Below, in pieces: positions 25,615 to 39,100 of a stretch of 64,000 bases of DNA. The stretch's first letter is position 1; each line of letters begins with the position of its first letter. Source of the DNA: Lingula anatina (lineage: Eukaryota; Animalia; Brachiopoda); contig CM120643.1 in the NCBI GenBank assembly GCA_051362555.1, positions 19,162,848 through 19,226,847 of the forward strand, written 5' to 3'. The notes below the pieces were generated by a model. The model saw only the letters and a list, made by a program, of their open reading frames with translations. It did not search any database and was not told where the DNA came from. Made by a program: the position numbers and the translations under genes.

Positions 25615-26580
25615 GTAAGCGTAACGAATTTTTGCAAGCTGTTGGCATTAGATAATAAAATACTTGGAAGACATTAACTCTTGTCGTTTACTTGTCATTT
25701 ACTTGAAACGACCACAATTTAAGTATGAAATAAGGTCCTGTTTTGAACAAGCTTGGTTTTTAACAGAGAATGAAATACTACTTATTCCTTGCCAGTTTGA
25801 TACCAATACTCCGTACCTGTAGTAGCCTGCCTACATAATTGTAGTACTTATCGATTAGATTTGAACAAGCGCTTTTCTTCTTTTTTATGTGATCAGCTTT
25901 AAAAAAAAACGAATCGTGACAGGTTATTAAAGAGGGATGATCATAATCCATCTTCGCATCTTATCAAAATTTGCATCTGCTCGCTATTTTTAATGACAAG
26001 ATAGGAGACTTTTTTCAAAGCCATTCTTATGTCTTTCTGGCCAATTTTAATTTAGTTTGACTCACCACAATCTTAATCGATTATAGGCCGAACTAGCGTT
26101 AAATTAAAAGTTATAATAAAGTATATGTCACATTGTTGAAATGAAAAGACGTGACTGGGTAGGATAAGACAATTCGATCATTATCTTGCGAGGCGAAATT
26201 ATTTTTTATTCAAGTTCATATGTGAATGTTTCAGCACACTAGGCGGACAGTGATTTTGTATTAAAAATAAATATGAAACATATATATGGGAAGACGTAGC
26301 ACTGGTCCACTAAAGTTATCTCAATTTTAAACAAACCTTCAAAAACAAGATAATGAAGAAAATAAGTATTGGCTCTTACGTTGAAACGGAGATCACGACG
26401 GTTCGACCTTATTCCAATGAAGGCCCTCTTCTAGTGCTCTGATGTTGAGTTGTCACCGGTGTCACGTGGTGACAGTCTGACATCGGTGACACTTAAAGTC
26501 CTAAATCCTAATATCATTTTTATAAGTCATCCACAATTGTCCGTTTATCAACTTGACTCTTTACACTTTATATTTCAGGC

Positions 26581-27729
26581 ATGAGCGTGTCTTCGGGCCT
26601 AGCAGCAATGACCACGGGAGTAGAGCTCAGGGAGCGCGGCCTTGACGCCGTCCAGCCGACACCGTCACAGCCTTCAGAGAAACTCATGGATAAGTGGAAA
26701 GCGCACTACCAGAAACGAAAGACCTACCAGCCCAGTTTCCATCCATACATGCTCCGCTACGGCCTTCCATTTTGGTTCCTCAGCGCCATGTGCGGGGGGT
26801 ATATCATCGGGGCCTTTTACGTTTCCCCCTTTTTGTATTCAGATTACGGACCATCTATGAACTTGTTTAACTTTTGCCTGCAGACGTTCATGTTGGTGCA
26901 AATACTTGTCAACTGGTTTTTCGTAAAGACTGTGACGTCATTCTATAGGCCCAGTGACGTAGAATGTGCAGGAAATGATGTAACAGTTTTAGAAGCGCCC
27001 GTCCACCTAGGACCAGCAAATAAGTGGGCGAAATTGGACAAAGAGAAGAGGAAATATCTAGTCATCGTACAGATAGGAAATAGGCAGGAATTGTTTCCAT
27101 ATTGGGGTCCGAGACCGTGTCCACGTTGTAATCGCCCGCGCCCGCCTCGGGCTCACCACTGCCCTATATGTAATGGGTGCATTTTAAAACGAGACCATCA
27201 CTGTTACTTTACAGGGAGTTGTGTCGGACTCAGAAATCAGAGGCATTTTATCATGCTAGCGGCCTGGTCTTTTGTGACGTTACTATATTCTTTCATTCAC
27301 GTCCTAATTTACATTCCATATTTAGTAGAAGATATTTCTTACTGGGACCTCAATATCGTTGTAGCATTGATCAGGTTTATTTTCAGATATATAAGTTTGT
27401 ATAAACTCATAGAGATATCGTTAATTTACTCTATGATGATAATAGGCTTTCTGGCTGGCGGATTTCTGAACGAACAAGTAAGGATAGTACGTAAAGGCAT
27501 ATCACAATACGAGTACGCATTTGACTTGAAAGTGATCAACAGAAACTCTACAACACGCAATATCCAATCTGTCTTCGGTGACTACTGGGCCATAAATTTA
27601 CTGTTCCCTGCCCATTGGCTGTTTCCCAACGATATAGATGATGGTGTTTCGTGGCCAGGCGTAAAAGTAGACACCCCGGATCTAACTGATCTCTGCGCCG
27701 GCGAGGAGAGCTCGGGGACTGTGATTTGA
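26581..27729 (+). CDS. DHHC palmitoyltransferase, ZDHHC22/ZDHHC24-like; single large coding exon
   Basis: 382-aa ORF with CPRCNRPRPPRAHHCPICNGCILKRDHHCYFTGSCVG (DHHC-CRD), flanking hydrophobic helices and a C-terminal N..SVFG..W..NLLFP...DG..W pattern. Splice acceptor tttcag at 26573-26578 lies just upstream of the ATG. Confidence 0.93.
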   Translation: MSVSSGLAAMTTGVELRERGLDAVQPTPSQPSEKLMDKWKAHYQKRKTYQPSFHPYMLRYGLPFWFLSAMCGGYIIGAFYVSPFLYSDYGPSMNLFNFCLQTFMLVQILVNWFFVKTVTSFYRPSDVECAGNDVTVLEAPVHLGPANKWAKLDKEKRKYLVIVQIGNRQELFPYWGPRPCPRCNRPRPPRAHHCPICNGCILKRDHHCYFTGSCVGLRNQRHFIMLAAWSFVTLLYSFIHVLIYIPYLVEDISYWDLNIVVALIRFIFRYISLYKLIEISLIYSMMIIGFLAGGFLNEQVRIVRKGISQYEYAFDLKVINRNSTTRNIQSVFGDYWAINLLFPAHWLFPNDIDDGVSWPGVKVDTPDLTDLCAGEESSGTVI

Positions 27730-27886
27730 TGCCAGAAATTATTGTTATCTGCGATTTTTAAGTAACGTCATTGGCTAAAACAATTTTGGTATGTTTGCAA
27801 AACTGTTTCATATCTCTTTTTAATTTCGGTTGGTTTCTTTCCAAAATGGAAGACACCATAGCATAAAAAGTAACAGTAATGCAGCA

Positions 27887-28021
27887 TACCCTCCAACAGG
27901 GCCGCAGTTATTATTCTGTGGACATTTTTGCTGAGGCAGTACATAGATTAGCTAGCTATTAACCAGAGACATATATCTTAATATCTAGTGAAAAATCAAT
28001 CTGTGACCCTGGTAGAGGGTA
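27887..28021. mobile_element. MULE-type MITE (same family as 850-962) in the probable DHHC 3' UTR
   Basis: TIR TACCCTCCAACAGGG / CCCTGGTAGAGGGTA; perfect 9-bp TSD AATGCAGCA. Confidence 0.85.
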
Positions 28022-28318
28022 AATGCAGCATATATGTTACACAATAGGTGACCATTACTTGAGTGACTCAGAAAGTCGCTTTTGGTGGAAAGACCAAGCC
28101 ATTTATGTTAAAGTTTGGTTAAAAAAGTCACAATCACCAACGTTTCAGTTAACTACCGAAGGTGCCACAGAAACCTGATACCCTACATGAAGATTTTATT
28201 CATTATGTCCATGGCTGCCGACTCTCAAGACATTAGGAAGAATTAATTCTTATGTCATTGTCTCCTACAGTATAGAAAAAAGTTACAAATAGCTTGCTGC
28301 ATCGATCGACAGCAAGGC

Positions 28319-28324
28319 AATAAA
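28319..28324 (+). terminator. Candidate polyadenylation signal of the DHHC gene
   Basis: AATAAA ~590 nt after the stop, followed by a GT/T-rich tract (ttgttgtttattgttgtc) at ~28350. Confidence 0.45.
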
Positions 28325-29514
28325 CGTGAAGGTAAAAAAGTTACCCGCTTTGTTGTTTATTGTTGTCACGTGATATTTTTGCAAGTATAAAATTTAATAT
28401 GGCCGCACTAATTATATATTGTTTGGTGTTAAAGTTTTATGGTATGTGCTGCAATTATAACGATAGTTAAAAGTCCTTAAAGGATCTTGTCAAAACCAGG
28501 AAATAGAAGCATATTATATATTGCACAATGATCGTGGTTTCTTACGATTTAGTTGTTAGCTGTGATCTACTTCTTTTTGAACGGCCAAAATTCTTTCTCT
28601 AAGCTTAAGAGCAGTCGTGTCATGAATTAGCCACAATATTTAGTGAAAATCTAGTGAAATATGCATCTGTCACCTTGGTAGAGGGTGATAAAAGTTGACA
28701 TTAGGAAGTGCCTAGGCGAAGCTATATCGACGTATTTTGCCGTTCTTTGGACGACAGAGCTAAATGAACAGTGCCATCCCTTTGGACTTTAATTGATCAT
28801 TTTATTCTATAAAATGACTAAAATTGAATCTTGCCTGGGTGGGTTTGAACATTTCGGTTAACAGCCGAACACGCTTATTCGAAGGCGCCACAAAGTTATT
28901 ACTTACATTAAAAGAATATGTTATTGCTTTTTTGCGAATGTAAATATTTGGAGAGTTGTTAACCCCAAATGTCCCAAAGTTATTACTTTTGGGTACGCTA
29001 ACTTCATATTCCTTGCCATTATGCCACGATTTGCGCACTTAGACTGGGACTTTTTTCCTGTCAATGAGGTGAGTTGACCGGCCAATAGAAGCAGTCAAAT
29101 TGACACCCACTCTCTTGAAACCTTGACCGTTACTGTCATAGGAAAGCTAGGAAAGTACTGCTCAGAAGTCTGGCCAGTTCCTTCAAAAACGTCAAGGTCA
29201 AATTAGCCTTATTACCGGTAATAAAAGCCTTCTGGTTGGTTAACAGGACAAAGGATTATGCTTTTTACTGACGACTAACGAAAACTTGGCACGTAGTGTG
29301 GTTAGCGGTCTTCAACTGTATTATTTTAGAACTTTTTAGACAAAATATACAAATATAAATTTCACTCACAATTATTGGAAGGATTTGAAACAATATTGAG
29401 TTACACCTTGACGACTATGTCGCCCGGTCGATGGAAAGGATGGAGACAAATTGAAAGGTCCACCACATTTAGTTTCATCGCCTTTCAAAGTCTATTTACG
29501 TCACAAAACGGTAT

Positions 29515-29589
29515 CGCCCCTGGCTGGGCTTGGACAACCAACCCTTTTGATTTACAGCCAAACGGGTTAACCGATTGCGCCAAAGCTGG
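29515..29589 (-). pseudogene. tRNA-Asn-derived pseudogene (or tRNA-Asn SINE head)
   Basis: Minus strand TGGCGCAATCGGTTAACCCGTTTGGCTGTAAATCAAAAGGGTTGGTTGTCCAAGCCCAGCCAGGGGCG resembles metazoan tRNA-Asn(GTT). Acceptor stem and B box are broken, anticodon reads GTA, TTTT just downstream. Confidence 0.65.
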
Positions 29590-30423
29590 GGAACGTTGAC
29601 TGTCTTGGGGGGTGGGGCAAGGGGGGAAGAGAAGAAGGAAGGAATAAAGGGGGAAGGAAAAAAGAAAGAAGAAAAAGAGCGAGGCAAAAAGAGAGAAGAA
29701 AAGGGAAAAAAGAATGAAAGGCGAAATAAGTTGAAAAAGAAAAAGATTAGAAGGGTTGAAGTTGATACCCATATGTAACTATGGCATTGGCGGCCATCTT
29801 GGATTTTTTCATTCCCATGCTAGGATTTATTTGGACTTTTATTATGTCATTTTGGGGACGTCATACAAAAGCACTGTGGTAAAATAACAACTGTTGTAAT
29901 TACTTTGACCTCAAATCATAGAATGCCTGGACTATCGTTATTTGCATAACAACAAGTTGGTCATCTTAGTGTCTTCCCGCATGCTCACTTGGCAGTTAGA
30001 CAGAGTCGGGTGTATACGCAACAGTATGTGTGGTGCAGTCAGAAGGTCGAGCTTTTATAAGGCGTGGAAGCAAATGTATGTTTGTGAGTATCATTATTTC
30101 TTCACCAACCACAGCCATTAAATACTAAAGGCGCAGAAGAATGAGAGAAATATTTACGACAAATATTTATGACATGAATCTTTTTACTATATTTCCATTG
30201 TTACTTGTATGTCACTCAGAATGGTAGAAATTATTGCTTACAGTGCATTGCGACTCCATATGTTTAGGATAAACGGCGCATTCACCTGATTTTTGATGAT
30301 ATTATCTTAGGTTAAACCTTAGTTTGCTTGAAATCCTCTGCACTTTGTAACCCTCTGTTTGAACATTTTGTGTGCCCCGGTCTTAACAGTTAATTTTTAA
30401 TATTTTGACGTAATTTAAAATGT

Positions 30424-33400
30424 CAGTCCAGGAATTTGGTGAAAAATTGTGCATTTTTTACCTACAAGCATGAAATTTGGCACACTTATGGACAATGAAA
30501 TTCTAAGCAAATTTGGATATATGGGCATGTCTGAAAATTCCAAAATGGCCGTCAAAATACCTTTTCAAATTAAAACTTCAAGTACATAGTCTTCTAATAA
30601 CTTAAAATATCATATAAAGGTTAGAAAACCCCATGGTATAAATCCTTCAGGTGTATAGAATCCAAAATGGACGTCAAAAGTAAAAAAGCAGACCATTTAT
30701 TCAAGATATCCATTAGAATGGTGAATTTAATCATGCACTTAAAACTACAAGCAAAAAGTTTGACACATTTGTGGAAAATGAAATTCTGAGCAAGTTTGGA
30801 TGTATGGACATGTCCGAAAATTTAAAAATGGCCGCCACACATACCCGTTCAAATTAAAACTTCAAGTATATAATCCTGTAATAGCTTAAGATTTTATGGT
30901 TAAACAAATCTATGGTATGCATGAAGCATCAATATATGCTTCTTTAGGTGTATAGAAATCCAAAATGGCCTCCAAAAATAAGAAAACAGACCACTCACAG
31001 CAGCAGTATGGTGAATTCATCATGCATTTAAAACTACCAGCATGAAAATTGGCACAATTGTAGAGAACAGGACTCTAAACAATTTTTTTTTATATAGGGA
31101 CATGTCTGAAAATTCTAATATGGTCACTAAAACCCTCTGAAAGTAAAAATTCTACTTCATAATCTGACTTATAACAATCTTTAATCTTTTTTCGTTTGAA
31201 AACAGAGCTCAGTTTAGATGAATTATCAGAAACCCCTCCTTTAGTTACATTAAGATCCAAATGACCATAAAAAGTGGAACAGGACTCCTTTTGGTCCAGT
31301 TGTGACACCACATGCAGCAATTATGTAAATGCCAAGGATATGAAAATGTCAAGGTATTTTCACAAATAAGTTTTCAAGTAGGTGTTGCACATTTTATGGG
31401 CGATTAACCTATCACTTTAGTAAATGGACAATATCTCAACAGAGGATAACAGCTAGCTACACCTACATTTCTACTTATTTGGTTGAATAATAGCTTTAGT
31501 TGTGTTTCCCTCAGCTTTCCCAGAATTTGCCTAAAGCTATAGCTTCTACATGTAATCCACTTTCCCCAACAAAATACCAAGAGGCATTGGTCATTTTTAA
31601 CACCAGAAAGCATCAGTTTACAGGGTTGCTACTTAATATGGAATATTTTTTATCATTGTTATTTTTGAGTGCTGATTAAAATTTTTTTGGCTTGAGTCAT
31701 TAAAAAAGTATGTCGCTGAGTGATAATAACATCCAGTCTTCTGTTGTGATATATTTTGGTCAATAATATCAAATCTGACATAAGATGCCATTCAAAAGAA
31801 AGGAGCACCCCCAGAAAACTATTTCAACAGTTTGATGTCAGTATAAACTTTAAGATAAGATATTAAAGAAAAGGATAGCCTCCGGACAGTGATATGTTAC
31901 ACAGTCAAAGAACTCACTACTGTAAATCATGAAAAGTCAGTAATTGCGGGTATGACCTTCAGCAGCCGCTTGCAGCGCCCTCATCCTACATGGCATACCC
32001 TGTGACACGTTTTTTAGAGTTTGGGTGGGGATATCATTCCACGCAGTGATATTTGCCTATCGCAGTTCATCACTATTTACCGGCCGAGGACCATAGCTAT
32101 TAATTCTGTGAGTTACTTCCACCCACAGATTTTCAATTGGGTTCATATCTGGAGAGTTTGCAGGCCAGGGCAGTTGCTGAACCCATTGGTTTTGAAGAAA
32201 AACAGTGATTCTGCGGCCTCGATGTGGGGTTGCGCAGTCGTCTTGGTACACAAAGTCGTTCCTGAAGATGACTCTTACCAATCGAAGCATTGTTTGCTGC
32301 AGAATGTCTCTGTAGGAATCCTGGATGAGGTTGCCTCCTAGAAAAACCAACTGGTTCTGGGCACCGACATGAAATGCTCCCCGAACAGAGACGTTACCAT
32401 CCCCTGCTTGCACCCTAGGCAGTACACAATCATTGTTTTATGCCCCTCGCACACGTCGGTGGACACGGATTCGACGATCAACCCTAAAAAATCCATTTCT
32501 GGCCTCATCACTGAAAACGACGTGATTCCAGTGTTTTGGCTGCAAACGCACGTGGTCCCCATCCCATTGCAGACGTCGCTGTATATGACCTGCTGTTAAC
32601 AGTAGTTTCCCTACTGGCCTTCGTGCAAAATAACCGGCTTGCAGAAATATCTTGTTCACGTTGGACCTTGAAACGGGAGTTTGAATGACATTCTGCCTCT
32701 CTTTTCTGAGAACACTGGTTTTCTTTGTACGACCAGCACGGCGATCCTGTCTTCTTGGTGTGATTCGCGGACACCCTGGTCGAGGTATTGGAGTAGGTGC
32801 CCCTGTTGCCCCTGCCTCTTTGGAGGACTTCACAAACGGTTCCTGATAAATGTTGAATTACCTGGCAATGACTGTCCGTTTCTGACCATTTTCTCTGAGA
32901 GCAAGAATCCCTTAGTAAGCTGCGTTGCTTAGCTGTCGAACCATATCTTCACTAAGGTACCTGTCAAGTTTCAGAGCGATCCCTTTGTTGCTTCTTTAAA
33001 CGCACTCCAAAGATTAACCAAACCCATGCGTTTTTATACAAGGGCAGAAATTGCCGAAAAGACCACCCCTCACAATCTGACCACAGAACATGCAACTGCA
33101 TGCATCAATTGTTTCGAGAGTTGTGTGGTAATTAGGTAACACACCTGGCTACACATGGAGTGACACCTCAGCTTTGGATTTAAAGTAGTAAGAGAGAAAT
33201 TAAATATTTTGTAGAAAATTTACTCGCCAAAAAATAATATTCCATATTAAGTGGTAACCCTGTACATGCATGAGGGGCAATAGGAATATGAAAGTGTGGT
33301 AGGGCATATAAGTACATGTAGGCTACTAGTGTGAGCCCGTATAGGACCCGTCTTCCAGTGCTTCTGACTCCCTCACCACAGTTAGCAATTGCACACATAA

Positions 33401-35020
33401 CTACAAACAAATGTGGTAGGAGCTACCTGCGAAAGGTAAGTTTTGTTATCTGGGTAAGTGAATACTCCCCATGGCTTCATTCTGGATTGTCCCACACAGT
33501 CAATGATGCCGGAAATCTCGATGAATTTTTACCTTTCAAAGTCCATATTGCACTAATTTTTTGGTATAATTCTCAGAATACACCCTGAATTTTTGAAGCT
33601 TTATATGTATTAACTTTCTGAAGCATTTTAATTCTTTTATTATCATGTTCAGTTATTTGAAAGAATAAGTTTGTAACTAAACAAGTTGCCAAATGATCAA
33701 ATGAAAACCAAAGTTTGGCGTCTACCAGTACTTCTTTTTAGTGCACGAAGTTTGAAGCCTGCAATGCAACTCTTGGATATAGCACGTATCAATACCTGCC
33801 CTCTGTTTGGGGTATTTCTTTGCTCATTAATTTTTACTAAATTCTCGGTAGCCATGTGCAAACGTACTAAATCCATTTCTTAAAATTAGAAGCTTTTCTA
33901 ATTTACTTTTGAAGCACAAGATAACATCATAAGATTACCGAGTGCAAATGTGCCCCTGCTTTTAGTACTTTACCAATGCACTACACCAAATTGTTGAGAC
34001 CTGTATGTTTGATTAGCTGTCATTTTGTTATACAGGGTATTTGTGAGTATTTGATGAAGCGCCATGCACTGAGCTAGCTGAAGAATCATAACCAACAGAC
34101 AAAATTGGTACACCCCAAGCTTTTTTTAAATTTGCCTCTTTGAGGCTAAGTTATTTTTGTGTTTCTTTCACATTTTATGGATTTTGCACGATACCTTTTT
34201 TTCTTAGAAAGGGGGAGTTGCCCATGAGTGCCATATAAGTAGATCGCTAACTTGGAATTGATCTAAATGAGAATCCAGAGCAAAAAGCCAAACTACTTAT
34301 TTTGGTTTAGCAAAAGGACTGTTTTCAGTACATAATAAATGTATCATGCTTGATGTTTTTTTACAAACTCTGTAGAATAGCTCCTGCACAAGTAAGAATA
34401 TGCTGATTATACAGGTAGTTGCAAAGCCCACGTGCCTTTTCACGTGTGATGACAATTCAATACTTGTGGCCCACTGACATTTGGGGGCCATTTTGGAATT
34501 TTAAAACCTAAAGTGGCAGATACTGATGCTACATACATACTATGGTATTTTATAACCATTAGATGATATTTTCATCAAAGACTATACAAATAACTTTCAC
34601 CTTGAAAGGGTATTTTGGGGGCCATATTGAAATTGACTGCCATATTGGAATTTTCAGACATGCCCCCATATCCAGTGTTGCTTAGAATCATATTCTCCAC
34701 AACTGTGCCAATTTTTATGTTTGTAATTGTAAGTGCTTGATGATTTCACAAAACTACTGCATATTTTGAGTAAGTAGACTGCTTATTTTACTTTTGGAGG
34801 CCATTTTGGAATTCTATACACCTGTAGAAGCGGCATGATATTTTTCAGCTATTGAAAAGAGTATTTGTGGCGGCCATATTGGATTTGGCGGCCATATTGA
34901 AATTTCCAGACATGCCCATATATCCAAAATTGCTTAGAATTTCATTCTCTACCGCTGTGCCAAATTTCATGCTTGTAGGTAAAAAATGCACAATTCACCC
35001 TTTTTTCTGCACCAAGTTAG
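30424..35020. mobile_element. Large non-autonomous DNA element with long subterminal inverted repeats (possibly hAT-like)
   Basis: ~30438-30553 is the inverted match of ~34885-34999; degenerate ~290-bp subrepeats at both ends. Exact termini and TSD not resolved. Confidence 0.6.
31938..32944 (-). mobile_element. Tc1 (DD34E) transposase pseudogene
   Basis: PRPGCPRIT (GRPR-like), HVVFSDE, YQDDCATPH, WPANSPDMNPIENLW (34 residues between D and E), C-terminal MPCRMRAL..EGHTRNY*; several in-frame stops. Confidence 0.9.
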
Positions 35021-35112
35021 TTTTTTAAATGGATACGGCTGAAATTGGCCAGAAATTTTATTTCTGAGGGTAAAACGGAACCATTTCTTCAGTTACTGTT
35101 GGGATAATTACA

Positions 35113-35372
35113 GGACTCGCCCAACCTGTCACCCCTTCTAATGCAATGGACTCGTCCCACCTGTCATCCCTTCTCATGCAATGGACCTGGCCCACCTGTC
35201 TCCCCTCTCATGCAGTGGACCTGCCCCACCTGTCACCCCTTTTGTGCAATGGACTCGCCCCACCTATCACCCCCTCTAATGCAATGGACTCGCCCTACCT
35301 GTCACCCCTTCTCATGCAATGGACTTGCCCCACCTGTCACCCATTCTCATGCAATGGACTCGCCCCACCTGA
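35113..35372. repeat. ~35-bp minisatellite, ~7 copies
   Basis: Unit ATGCAATGGACTCGCCCCACCTGTCACCCCTTCTC. Confidence 0.9.
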
Positions 35373-36148
35373 CATCCCTCAGATAGAGTTCATTTTCTCC
35401 ACTAAACCCCTCCAATTGAATGGACTCCCCAACTATCAAATGACCGTGGCGTACTATTCAACCTTGCTTGCTTCGTCAAGTCTTCACTGCTAAACCTTTT
35501 CACTACTCCTGTGATAGTTAAGCTTGTAAGCAATTCATATGAATACATTTTCTAAAATGTAGTTTAAAACATCCATTAATTCATCACAAACGCCAATCAA
35601 CAATCAGGATTGCTTAAAAACACCTTTTAAATAATTTTCATAAATCTTATTACATAATTGATGTTTATTTTTATAGCTTTTTAAAAAGCTTTTTGATCAT
35701 GTCGGTAATTTCGGGTAGGTACCGACTACTTCGCATCCGTGGACCCCCCCCCTCCCCCTTCAATTAATCCTGGATCCGCCCCTCGGTAGGCTTTGTTTGC
35801 TTGTGCGTATGTGAGAAGTAAGTGAGGAGTGTTAAGAAGTAGTGGATAGTATTGTTTTTTATATTGCAATATATTCCGGTTGTGCAGGTAAATGCGTTAG
35901 AGAAGACGTACAGAGCGCAGATTGCGTGTCGTCTTTTCTTGTCAAATGTCTGTCAACTCATACCATTTCAGTCACATTCAACGTTTCCCAATACATACCG
36001 TGCTCTAACATCAGCGCTGTAGGGATGGGAAACATGTACGATTCACCATTGCATGTATGACATAAATATAAATATTTTGGTTTACTTAATGATTTTTTTT
36101 ACTTCCCCCATTCTGTCTAAAGAGGGCATTAAATTGCATTTATATAAT

Positions 36149-39100
36149 AACAAGGCAGCAAAGCTGTCAAATGTACAGACAAAAAACAGAAAATAAAGAT
36201 ATAAAAAAAGGTCATTTTGTCAATTTTGATGCAATAATAAATAATGCTTATAATACCACTGTCAGTCAACACTGAATTTTAATCATGCACAACAGGTAAC
36301 ATGGTCAATAACAGGAGCGGACCCTAAGATATTTTCTAACAGTATTCCAAAGTATCTATGTTGATCCATCCTCCATTTTGATGGTCTTCCAACAGAAAAA
36401 AATAGATACCAGTCAATATAAACTTCATAACCTGTCTTCCAGAAGACCCAGAAGATGGTCTCAATCCACCCCTTCAGTTTCAGGACCATGAGAGACCAAA
36501 GTTACATGATGAAAGTCTTAATATTTGAAAAATGATGACAGTGCATAAAATAATATTATATAATGATTAAAGACATAAAAAACAATACAATTACTTTTGT
36601 GGAAATACAGAAAATGTGCAGAGCCTCGAGCGGATACGAGTTAAAAGTCACAAATGCAAGTGTTTGAGAAAAAATTGTAAAGGAAAACATAACAAAACTA
36701 GAAAACCACCGAGAGTGCAGACCTCTGCCAAGGCATCAATTGTTGATTATTATTGATTATTGATTGATTATTGAGCCAGACCACCACTAAAAATTAATCA
36801 TTGTCCTCTTTGGCCCAATTCTGACAGTTCCTGAAAATTTCAGCAAAATCGGTCCATAACTTTTTGAGTTATGTTGAGGACAGACAAACAGGGATGAAAA
36901 TATAACCTCCTTGGCAGAGCCTGAGGTAAATATAATTTCAATGAAGCTGCTATTCAAATTTTTAATCTTAGATTATATATATATATAACCTGCATAATTA
37001 TCACTGCTTCCTTATTATTAATCTAGCAGAGAGCTTAACTTTTGGGAGTTTACAAGGAAATATCAACAAGTGTGCTTTATGTAATCTCCTTTAATGGCCT
37101 ATCAATTAGGCAAATGACTTTATAACTCAGAAATTAGCTAAGTGATACCCAAGGGATATTAACAGACTGACCCTCTCAAATGTCTTTCAGGCCCATAAGT
37201 CACATCTTAAGAAAAGCACAAAACAATAATGCACAAAATAGGAGACTACCAATTCTGATGCAATAATACATTATGTTTTACTGCACAGTCAACATCAAAT
37301 TTTAATTATGCACAACAGGTAACAACGACGAAAGTAAAAGCATAAGGCTTCAGGCCCATCAGAGTTCAAGTTTATACTTAGAAAGTGCCAGAATGAGAAA
37401 AATGAAAATTTCACACAAAATTGCATAAATTCAATAATAAATGATAACCCAATTGACCTGGCTTTCTAATTTGAACTGCATGCCAATCCTAAAAATCATA
37501 CTGATAAGTTAAAAATAATAATAAGTAACACAGTTTTCTTTTCATGTTTGCAGTAGCAATGCAAAAAGATTATTGTCAATTTTGATGTAACATTACATAA
37601 TAAATTATAGAATAATTATCACCAATTTTTGATTATTGACAATAAATAGCATGGACATGTAGAAAATTTGATCACCATTCGGCTTCATGTCCATGGGAGC
37701 TCCGAGTCCCACAATGAATATGCCAAAAAGATAATGAATATTTCACTTAAATGTATAACTCCCAGAAAAAGAAGCCAATTAGACTGCTTTTCCAACTCAT
37801 TCTGCATTTAAGTCCTGTGTTTCTTTTTTAAAGGTTTGACAGTCATAACACGGTTTTCCCATAATGGTCATCATGGCAGCAGCACCAAAAATTGTGTTTT
37901 CTTCTATTTTGATGCAACATTACATAATGCTTAACAGTATAATGGCCATCAATTTTTAATAATAGAATATTAGTAACATGGACATTCAGAAAACATGACA
38001 AGCAAAGGTCTTCAGGATCTTGGAACTTCAAAGTCACACCTTGAAAATGACAATATGTGAAAAATTAAATATTCACAAAAAACTGTTTAACTGCCAAAAA
38101 AAATTACCAAAGAGACTGCATTGCCTACTGAAGCTGTATTTTAGCCCCATTTTTCTTTCCTGTAAGTTTGAAAACAGTAAGTGACATGGTTTTTCTTAAA
38201 TGGTCATCATGGGAGCAGTGCCCAAAATAGGGGTTTCTTCACATTTTGATGCAATATTACATAATGTTTAACAGCATAATGACCATCAATTTTTAATAAT
38301 AAAATATAAGTATCATGGATATTCAGAAAATGTGACTAGCAAAGGTCTGCAGGCTCAGGGAACTTCACAGTCACATCTTAAAAAATGCCAAAATGTAAAC
38401 AAGACAGCACTGTTCTGAAATGGGTTTATTTCCATTTTTAACATTTTTTTAACATAAAACAAAATAAACAGTTTGTTGCCTTTTTTATATGACCAACTAA
38501 GAAAATTGATGAGATGGGAAAAATATCAATAGAACAGTGTTAAATGTCCAATTTCCTCCATTCTGAGATTCTGAACATAGTGGATGATTGAATCTGACAA
38601 ACTGCAATGATATGAGTTTATTTCCATTTTTGACACTATATTACACAATACACGATAACAAGTTTACCATCATTTTTACATAATCAATTAACAATGTTGT
38701 AAAGATGCAGGAAATATCAAACAAACACTTTTACATATGTTATTAGTTAAATAATGAGACTGTTAACATGCCTAAGAATTGAATCTGAGGAAATGTGAAA
38801 AAACAGCATAACTTCTAAAATAAAGGCCAGATTATGCTGATTTTCGAACTCAACCTGCATTTTAGTTAGTTTGACTACTCCTGTGAGTATAATGACAATT
38901 GGCGTATCTGTTTTTCTTATATTGTGTTATCAGTGTTGCATATATGTTGAAAAAAGTGAAAAAACAGCATAACTTCCCTAAAAATGGCCCGATCATGCTG
39001 ATTTTCGAACTTGACCTGCGGATTATAAATATTCATCAGTTTTGTAAGTTTCAAGCCAAAAAGTAAAATGGTTTTCCACTTATCGTGTTATCGGTGCTGC

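Noticed and set aside
35141-35493. Cys/Pro-rich repeat ORFs
   Set aside because: 35-bp minisatellite (not a multiple of 3), so the frames rotate.
36227-38256. Further TGATGCAAT (AARE-like) matches
   Set aside because: They are part of the internal repeats of the HINE-like element, far from a plausible target promoter.
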